Part shown: positions 57,609 through 64,000 of the stretch, piece after piece
How the letters are laid out: each line of letters starts with the position of its first letter
How positions within the stretch are numbered: the first letter of the stretch is position 1
Position numbers and translations under genes: made by a program
Origin: Sphingomonadaceae bacterium
GTDB lineage: Bacteria > Pseudomonadota > Alphaproteobacteria > Sphingomonadales > Sphingomonadaceae
Direction: 5' to 3'
NCBI GenBank assembly: GCA_031421275.1
Contig: JANOOK010000012.1
Coordinates: 7,773-71,772 of the forward strand
DNA: 64,000 bases
The notes under the pieces: model-generated
The model's database searches: none
Told to the model about the DNA's origin: nothing
The model's input: the letters and a program-made list of their open reading frames with translations, nothing else

Positions 57609-58588
57609 CCGGGGCCGACGAACCGCATCGCGACATCGCAGCGTTGATAGCGGGTTCCGGACTCGGCCATGATGACGGCGTCGTGGACGAAGCCGAGCTT
57701 TTCGTAGAGGTGGATCGCCGCCGCCGATTTCCGGTTGCTGAGCAGATACAGCGGGTCGGCCCCGAGCGACCGGGCCCGCGCGATGACGGCCTCGAGCAGG
57801 ATCTCGCCGACCTTTTGTCCGCGCGCGTTGGCAAGCACGCCCATCTTGGTCAGTTCGTATCGCCGCCCGCCGGCGTTCTGGAGCGCGCAGGTGCCGACGA
57901 TGCCGACGCCCGCCAGCGCGGCGAACAGGATCGCGCCGCCGCGGTCGATGATCGTGGCGCGCGGGTTTTCGAGCACCTCGACGTCGGTCGGCTCGAGCCT
58001 GTACATCGCGCCGATCCACTCGGCGTTGATGGCATGAAAATGGCCGGCCAGCGCATCGGTGAAGTCGTGGATGGTGACGCGGTCGTCGACCGTTCGGCGA
58101 CCGAGAGCGAGGCCCAGATATAAGGCATCGCTCAGCGGCGAGGCATAGTAGCTCGCGACCGGCGCGAAGCCCGCGCGCCGGTACAAGGCGAGCGCTGCGT
58201 GCATGTCGGGCAAGGTGTCGAGCCGCATCTCGGCATAGCCGAGTTCGACCGCAGCTGCGACGACAGCCTCGATCAGCGCGCTGCCGACCCCGCTGCCGCG
58301 GCCTCCCGGGGCCACGAACAGCCGCTTCATCTCGCAGTGTCCAACCGCCGGCAGCGGGCGCAGCGCGACGCAGCCGAGCGGCTCGCCGTCGGGCCGCCGC
58401 GCCAGCAGCAAGGCGCCGCCGGGCGCGGTATAAGCGCCCGGCAAACCGGCAAGTTCACCGGCGAAATCCTGAAAGCCGAGGTCGACGCCGAGTGACGCGA
58501 CATAGGCGTCGAACAACTGCCGCGTCGCCAGCAGGTCGTCCGCCGACCGCACCGGACCGATGGTGAAGCCCGGTCCCATACCGGTCAT
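57605..58588 (-). CDS. Tandem two-domain GNAT acetyltransferase
   Basis: Domain 1: CEMKRLFV..GRGSGVG, LYRRAGF; domain 2: YELTKMGV..ARGQKVG, HLYEKLGF; ATG overlaps the upstream stop. Confidence 0.85.
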   Translation of the reverse strand: MTGMGPGFTIGPVRSADDLLATRQLFDAYVASLGVDLGFQDFAGELAGLPGAYTAPGGALLLARRPDGEPLGCVALRPLPAVGHCEMKRLFVAPGGRGSGVGSALIEAVVAAAVELGYAEMRLDTLPDMHAALALYRRAGFAPVASYYASPLSDALYLGLALGRRTVDDRVTIHDFTDALAGHFHAINAEWIGAMYRLEPTDVEVLENPRATIIDRGGAILFAALAGVGIVGTCALQNAGGRRYELTKMGVLANARGQKVGEILLEAVIARARSLGADPLYLLSNRKSAAAIHLYEKLGFVHDAVIMAESGTRYQRCDVAMRFVGPG

Positions 58589-59178
58589 CCCGGTGTCGGC
58601 TGACACAACGGGCGCTTCGCGAAGGCCGCGCGGTCGACCGCGAACACGACATGGGGGACGATGACGCCGCCGATCGTCGGATCGTACCGGCGTTCCGTCA
58701 GCACGCCGCCGATTTTGGCCATGGCCCGCCGCGACCGCATGTTGGCGTCCCCGACGAAGAACACGACTTGCGGGAAATGCACCAGCGCGTGCCGGATCAT
58801 CAGCGCCTTCATCGCGGCGTTCGCAGTGCCGCCCCAAGACGGGCGCGCGAGAAACGTCCAGCCGATCTCGATCTCGCCCGGCTCGACCCGGCTGCTATCA
58901 TAGCGCGACGAGCCGATGACGGCATCCGTCGCGGGGTCGATCGCGACGAGTGCGCCGCGGCTTGCCAGCGCCTCGGCGAAGAAGGCGCGGAACACCGGCT
59001 CCTGCCAGCGACCCGTCATCGGGTGTCCGGCCCAGATCAGCGGATCCGACGCGACCGCAAACAGCGCCTCCCAGTCATTCTCGACGAGCGGGCGCAGGCG
59101 TATCGCGTCGTTTTCGAGTCGGGGCTGCCGGTCGAAAGATCCCGGATGCCGGCCGGTGTCGCGAGCTGTCACAAGCAC
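58585..59178 (-). CDS. GNAT N-acetyltransferase (RimJ/RimL-like)
   Basis: IRLRPL, IGSSRY, EIGWTFLAR..WGG, NMRSRRAMAKIG. Confidence 0.88.
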   Translation of the reverse strand: MLVTARDTGRHPGSFDRQPRLENDAIRLRPLVENDWEALFAVASDPLIWAGHPMTGRWQEPVFRAFFAEALASRGALVAIDPATDAVIGSSRYDSSRVEPGEIEIGWTFLARPSWGGTANAAMKALMIRHALVHFPQVVFFVGDANMRSRRAMAKIGGVLTERRYDPTIGGVIVPHVVFAVDRAAFAKRPLCQPTPG

Positions 59179-59184
59179 ATCTGC

Positions 59185-59742
59185 TTATAACGACAACGTC
59201 TTGATCATCGGCACGAACCGGACACCGACGCCGCCGAGATCGAGCCTGACCGCCTCGGCAGCATGGTAGCCGTGCCGCGCATAGAAGGGTACGCCGGGCA
59301 GCGTCGCCATCAGCGTCGTCGTCCGGAATCCGGCCGCCGCGGCCGCCGCCTCGCACGCGTCGAGCACGGCCGAGCCGACGCCGCGGCGGGCTTGATCGGG
59401 CGCGACGAAGAACGCCCGGATGCGCGCCGCATCGGTGGCGGGATCGAGCCGGCCGGTTTCGCGCGCGGCGAAGCGGTCGCCGCCGAACAGCGTCCGTCGC
59501 GCGCTCCAGCCGCCGCACCCGAGCAGCGCCGCGCCGTCCTCGGCAACGAGGTAGCTGCCGTCGCTAACGAGGTCGGTATCGACCCCGAACACATGAGTGA
59601 TCGCCGCCTCTACCTCGGCGATGGTATAGAAATCGCGACTGAGCCGCCGGGCCGACGCCGCGATGAGCAGTTCGAGCGCGGGCACATCCGCCGCGGTCGC
59701 CGGTCGGATCGTCACCGTGGAGGGCTCGGTGGGGCGCTGCAT
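59185..59742 (-). CDS. GNAT N-acetyltransferase; start uncertain (59742 or 59775)
   Basis: IRPAT, GCGGWS, IRAFFVAPDQARRGVG, ATLPGVPFY..HGY. Confidence 0.88.
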   Translation of the reverse strand: MQRPTEPSTVTIRPATAADVPALELLIAASARRLSRDFYTIAEVEAAITHVFGVDTDLVSDGSYLVAEDGAALLGCGGWSARRTLFGGDRFAARETGRLDPATDAARIRAFFVAPDQARRGVGSAVLDACEAAAAAAGFRTTTLMATLPGVPFYARHGYHAAEAVRLDLGGVGVRFVPMIKTLSL

Positions 59743-59883
59743 TTCTACTTTGCTGAGTTGCGGACGGGCAGTCACCAGCGATTAATGTCGATCGGTTGCC
59801 GCGGCAAGCACGGTCGAGACGGTGGCGCTTACTGTCTTGCCGATGAGCACGACAACCGGTCGGGCACAGGATGCCAGCCGGTT

Positions 59884-59901
59884 GCGTCACATAATTGTCA
59901 C
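59884..59901 (+). promoter_or_regulatory. Pho-box-like 11-bp-period direct repeat GCGTCAC-ATAA-TTGTCAC
   Basis: GTCAC at 59886 and 59897 with an AT-rich spacer resembles the PhoB consensus CTGTCAT-N4-CTGTCAY; about 125 bp upstream of the TBDR. Confidence 0.5.
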
Positions 59902-60027
59902 AGCCACCGAGACTTATGTTGCATTGCGGGACGAATACGTAATCGTCGGTTTACAGTCTGGTCCGAAACAGACACGTTCTCCTGGCGGGCCATGACCGCA
60001 ACCGATTGGTTTGGGTGGGGCAGCAGA

Positions 60028-62706
60028 ATGACAACTTCGAACTCACGCCGCGTGCTGACGGCAGCGCTGTTGGCCACGGCCGGTTTTGCCGCACCGGGCG
60101 CGGTGCAGGCGCAGGCGGTGGTCGCCGGTGCCGACAAGACTCAGGCGGACGACATCATCGTCCTCGGCACCCGCCGGACCGACCGCACGCTGACGACGTC
60201 GGCGTCGCCGGTCGATGTCATCAGTTCGGCCGAGCTGAAGTCGCAGCCGACCTCGAACCTGCTCGACTCGCTCAAGAATATCATCCCGTCGTTCTTCGTC
60301 GGGCAGAACACCATTTCGGACGCATCGAGCTTCGTCCGCGCGCCGTCGCTGCGCGGCCTGCCCAGCGACGAGATCCTCGTCCTGCTCGACGGCAAGCGCT
60401 TCAACCGCTCGGCGCTGGTGCAGGTCTACACCGGCGGCGACACCGGACTGTCGTTCGGCTCGCAGCGCTCGGACATCTCGTCGATCCCGGCGATCGCGAT
60501 CAAAAGCCTGCAGGTGCTGCGCGAAGGCGCGACCGCGCAATATGGGTCGGACGCGATCGCGGGCGTGCTCAATTACGGGTTGCGCGACAACAAGACCGGC
60601 CTCGAGGCGATCGCGCGCTACGGCCAATATTATGATCACGGCGACGGCAAGAGCAAGCAGATCTCGGCCAATCTCGGCCTCGCGCTCGGCAGCCGCGGCT
60701 TCGTCAACATCAGCGGCGAGTATGACGACGACGGCCAGACCAGCCGCGGCGCGACCCGTCCGATCGCGCTGATCTTCGCGCAGGCGAACCCGGGCCTCGC
60801 GACGCAGCTGCCGAATTACCCAGGCCCGGTGCAGATCTGGGGCTCGTCGCCGAGCCACGGCTATAAGGCGGTCATCAACGCCGCGTATGAGGTGACCGAC
60901 AACAGCAAGCTGTATTTCTTCGGGAATGCCGCCCAGCTGAAGGCCAACGAGAGTTTCAACTATCGCTCGCCGATCAGCGGCACGGCGCTCGACGTCGCCG
61001 GGGTCAGCCACGGGCTCGGTACCAACGGTGCGCTGGCGCGGGTGTTCTATTTGACCCCGTGCCCGGCCGGCAACGCGACCTGCCCGTCGAGCGGCTTCGT
61101 CTCGAACGGCAGCACGTTCAGCTTCAAGTCGGTCTACCCGGCCGGCTTCACCCCGCGCTTCCTCGGCACGACCGAGGAACTGTACGGGACCGTCGGCTAT
61201 AAGGGCAAAACCGACAGCGGCTTCAGCTACGACCTGTCGGCGACGACCAGCCGGAACTCGCTGGCGCTATCGATGACCAACTCGGTCAGCCCGACCTATG
61301 GTCCGGCGTCGCAGACGGCGTTCCAGTTCGGCAAGCTGATCCAGAAGGAAACCGACGCCAACCTCGACCTCAGCCAGGCGGTCGATGTCGGGCTTGCCAG
61401 CCCGCTCACCGTCTCGGGTGGTGCCGAATATCGCCGCGAAAGCTATACGCAGACCAGGGGCGACCTGCAGTCGTACGGTGCGGGTCCGTTCACCCAGTCG
61501 CAGAACCTGTTCTTCAACAACGGCGACGGCACCTACACGCCGAACGGTGCGAGCGGCGGTTCGTCGCCGGGCGCGAGCGGCTATGGCGGCACCGATCCGC
61601 TGGCGGCGGGAACCTTCACGCAGACCAGCTTCGGCATTTACGGTGACCTCGAGACCGACCTCACCAAGTCGCTCAGCGTCGGTATCGCCGGCCGTTACGA
61701 GCACTACAACAGCTTCGGCGGCGCGTTCGTGTACAAGGCGAACGCGATCTACAAATTCTCCGATGCGTTCTCGTTGCGCGGGACCGTCGGCACCGGCTTC
61801 CACGCGCCGTCGCCGGGCCAGTCGAACGACGAGATCCTGACCACCAACTTCATCGCCGGCAACCAGGTCCAGACCGGCACTTACCCGACCTCGAGCGCCA
61901 TCGCCCAATATTACGGTGCCAAGGTGCTCGGCCCCGAGAAGTCGCAGAACTACGGCGTCGGCTTCATCGCCAAGCCGATCAACAGCGTCACGCTGACGGT
62001 CGATGCGTATAGCATCAAGGTCAGGAATCGGATCGGCATCTCGCAGAACTTCACCGTCACCCCGGCCGACATCGCTGCGCAGCCAGCCTTGCTGTCGGTC
62101 GGCGCCGGCGGCGCGGTGACCTTCTTCACCAATGGTTTCAACACGGTGACGCAGGGCATCGACGTCGTCGCGACCTATCGCACGGCGCTTGTCGATCCGG
62201 GCGACCTCAACCTCACCTTCGCTTACAACTACAACAAGAGCCGCGTCACGAGCGCTGTCGCCGGCGTCATCAGCGACGCGCAGAAGGTCGACGTCGCGCA
62301 TCTCGCCCCGAACCACCGCGCCACGCTGTCGGCGGCGTGGACGCACGACCGGTTCTCGGTCAATGCGCGCGAGAATTATTACGGGCCATGGGTCGACGCG
62401 GTCGATTATCCGGGTCACGTCATTGCCGGTTACCCGAACGGGGATCCGTTCACGTCGCAGCAGTTCCATTCGCAGTTCACCACCGATCTCGACGTCGGCT
62501 ACGACCTTACCAAATATCTGACGCTATCGGTCGGCGGCCAGAATTTGTTCAATACCAAGCCGAGCCGCATCGCCAACGTCTCTGACGTCAACCCGGTGTT
62601 CCAGTCGACGCATAGCCTCAGTGACGGCCAGGTTTATCCGCGCAGCGGCGGACCGTTCGGCATCAACGGCGGGCTCTGGTACGTCCGCGCCCGGGTAAGC
62701 TTCTAG
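60028..62706 (+). CDS. TonB-dependent receptor
   Basis: Signal peptide, DIIVLGTRR, SPVDVI, LRGL, VLREGATAQYGSDAIAGVLN, C-terminal YVRARVSF. Confidence 0.95.
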   Translation: MTTSNSRRVLTAALLATAGFAAPGAVQAQAVVAGADKTQADDIIVLGTRRTDRTLTTSASPVDVISSAELKSQPTSNLLDSLKNIIPSFFVGQNTISDASSFVRAPSLRGLPSDEILVLLDGKRFNRSALVQVYTGGDTGLSFGSQRSDISSIPAIAIKSLQVLREGATAQYGSDAIAGVLNYGLRDNKTGLEAIARYGQYYDHGDGKSKQISANLGLALGSRGFVNISGEYDDDGQTSRGATRPIALIFAQANPGLATQLPNYPGPVQIWGSSPSHGYKAVINAAYEVTDNSKLYFFGNAAQLKANESFNYRSPISGTALDVAGVSHGLGTNGALARVFYLTPCPAGNATCPSSGFVSNGSTFSFKSVYPAGFTPRFLGTTEELYGTVGYKGKTDSGFSYDLSATTSRNSLALSMTNSVSPTYGPASQTAFQFGKLIQKETDANLDLSQAVDVGLASPLTVSGGAEYRRESYTQTRGDLQSYGAGPFTQSQNLFFNNGDGTYTPNGASGGSSPGASGYGGTDPLAAGTFTQTSFGIYGDLETDLTKSLSVGIAGRYEHYNSFGGAFVYKANAIYKFSDAFSLRGTVGTGFHAPSPGQSNDEILTTNFIAGNQVQTGTYPTSSAIAQYYGAKVLGPEKSQNYGVGFIAKPINSVTLTVDAYSIKVRNRIGISQNFTVTPADIAAQPALLSVGAGGAVTFFTNGFNTVTQGIDVVATYRTALVDPGDLNLTFAYNYNKSRVTSAVAGVISDAQKVDVAHLAPNHRATLSAAWTHDRFSVNARENYYGPWVDAVDYPGHVIAGYPNGDPFTSQQFHSQFTTDLDVGYDLTKYLTLSVGGQNLFNTKPSRIANVSDVNPVFQSTHSLSDGQVYPRSGGPFGINGGLWYVRARVSF

Positions 62707-62715
62707 AGCCCGGTC

Positions 62716-62770
62716 GGGTTACCCCGGCTTGTTTCGGTGTAACCCCGCTTCCCCAGTTTGCGCTGGGGGA
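62716..62770 (+). terminator. Two adjacent hairpins after the TBDR (possible terminator or mRNA stabiliser)
   Basis: GGGTTAC...GTAACCC followed by CCCCAG-TTTGCG-CTGGGG; no strong U-tract. Confidence 0.3.
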
Positions 62771-62830
62771 GCTGTGCTTGTGGTGTTCAACGCTCTTCAC
62801 GCGGCCGTCGTGATCGGGCACGGTCGCGCC

Positions 62831-64000
62831 ATGCGTATCCTGACCGCGATCTCCCTGCTGCTGATTACCGCCGCGCCCGCCCGCGCCGCCGATCCCGAGC
62901 CCGTCGCCGGTTCGGGCGGCATGGTGGTGACCGCGCATCACCTCGCGTCGGACATCGGGGCCGATATCCTGCGCCGCGGCGGCAATGCCGTCGACGCCGC
63001 GGTGGCGGTCGGTTACGCACTGGCGGTCGTCTATCCGCAGGCGGGCAATATCGGCGGCGGCGGCTTCATGACGCTGCGTCTCTCCGATGGCCGCACGACT
63101 TTCCTCGACTTCCGCGAAAAGGCTCCGCACGCCGCGACCGCGACGATGTTCCAGGATGCGAAGGGCAACGTCGTCGCCGGCCGGTCGACCGACAGCTGGC
63201 TCGCGGTCGGTGTGCCGGGGTCGGTGCTGGGTCTCGAAACCGCGCGGGTCCGCTATGGAACGATGCCGCGCGCCGCGCTGATGGCCCCCGCGATCCAGCT
63301 GGCGCGTACCGGCTTCGTGCTGGGGCAGAGCGAGGCGGGCGGGATGGCGCTCGAAGCGCCGGGGCTGGCCCGCGACCCCGCCGCGCGCGCGATCTTTCAG
63401 CCGCGGCACGTGCCGCTGACCAAGGGCGACCGGCTGGTCCAGACCGATCTCGCCGACACGCTCGCCGCGATCAGCAGCGGCGGTCCCGACGTCTTCTACC
63501 GCGGGCGCGTCGGTGCCGCGATCGTCGCCGCCAGCCGGGCCGGCGGCGGCATCCTGACGACTGCCGACTTCGCCGGCTACCGCGTCCGCGAACTGAAGCC
63601 GATCGAGTGCGACTACCGCGGCTATCACATCGTCTCGGCCCCGCCGCCGAGTTCGGGCGGGGTCGCCATCTGCGAGACGCTCGGCATTCTGCAAGGCTAT
63701 GACCTTGCCGCGATGGGCTTCCACTCGGCCGCCGAGGTGCATGTCCTCGTCGAGGCCCTGCGACGGGTCTTCGTCGACCGGAACAACAAGCTCGGCGACC
63801 CCGATTTCGTCCGCAACCCCGTCGTCGCGCTGCTCGATCCCGCGTATTTCGCCAAGCTGCGCAGCGGCATCGACCCGGTCCGGGCGACCCCGTCCGCCAC
63901 GCTCGGTCCGGCCGCACCGTCGCACGAGGGCCGCAATACGACGCATTACGACGTGCTCGACAGCGCCGGCAACGCCGTCTCGGTGACCTATACGCTGAAC
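62831..64000 (+). CDS. ggt: Gamma-glutamyltransferase, 3'-truncated by the window edge and absent from the ORF track
   Basis: Manual translation from ATG 62831: signal peptide, GGNAVDAAVAVGYALAVVYPQAGNIGGGGFM, DFREKAP, PPPSSGG, and the autocleavage region NTTHYDVLDSAGNAVSVTYTLN at the window end. Confidence 0.95.
   Translation, partial: MRILTAISLLLITAAPARAADPEPVAGSGGMVVTAHHLASDIGADILRRGGNAVDAAVAVGYALAVVYPQAGNIGGGGFMTLRLSDGRTTFLDFREKAPHAATATMFQDAKGNVVAGRSTDSWLAVGVPGSVLGLETARVRYGTMPRAALMAPAIQLARTGFVLGQSEAGGMALEAPGLARDPAARAIFQPRHVPLTKGDRLVQTDLADTLAAISSGGPDVFYRGRVGAAIVAASRAGGGILTTADFAGYRVRELKPIECDYRGYHIVSAPPPSSGGVAICETLGILQGYDLAAMGFHSAAEVHVLVEALRRVFVDRNNKLGDPDFVRNPVVALLDPAYFAKLRSGIDPVRATPSATLGPAAPSHEGRNTTHYDVLDSAGNAVSVTYTLN

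Noticed and set aside
502-63946. Many long alternative-frame or antisense ORFs (e.g. 502-3189, 11001-12932, 21838-24750, 43211-45160, 62663-63946)
   Set aside because: They are Arg/Ala/Gly/Pro-rich shadows of real genes, expected at this GC content and codon bias, and carry no recognisable motifs.
51238-64000. tRNA-Arg as the attachment site of an integrated island
   Set aside because: Downstream genes look accessory, but I found no integrase and no duplicated tRNA 3' end in the window; the partial match CCTTCGGCGCACC near 53803 is inside TBDR coding sequence.

Overview
High-GC alphaproteobacterial chromosomal segment, most likely Sphingomonadales (inferred from a PEPxxWA-CTERM protein, three TonB-dependent receptors, and the rsmB-rpe-heparinase-purH and methyltransferase-comF-grxC-nitrilase-DUF1178 gene orders). 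Housekeeping blocks (queG, class A PBP, moeB-like, dut, coaBC, glnD, rsmB, rpe, purH, grxC, tRNA-Arg(CCT), csaA) alternate with catabolic modules: (i) a ~15.7 kb gamma-glutamylation polyamine locus with two GS-like ligases, a Pot ABC transporter, PuuD, a class III aminotransferase, PuuB and a GntR regulator, extended by a TonB-dependent receptor and an exported amidohydrolase, with a shared TG(T/C)(G/T)ATCAC(A/G) palindrome in all four promoter regions; (ii) a SulP + ParB-like pair; (iii) a glycolate cluster (glcDEF, permease, glcG, glcB); (iv) a TBDR + GH144-like pair; (v) a three-gene GNAT operon; (vi) a TBDR with a Pho-box-like repeat, followed by ggt. Seven REPIN-like long inverted repeats lie between genes, and one supplies the glcB stop codon. 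There are two reading-frame anomalies: an in-frame TAG inside rpe and an apparent ACG start for sulP. I saw no integrase, transposase, prophage or CRISPR array. All calls come from reading motifs by eye; no database searches were run.
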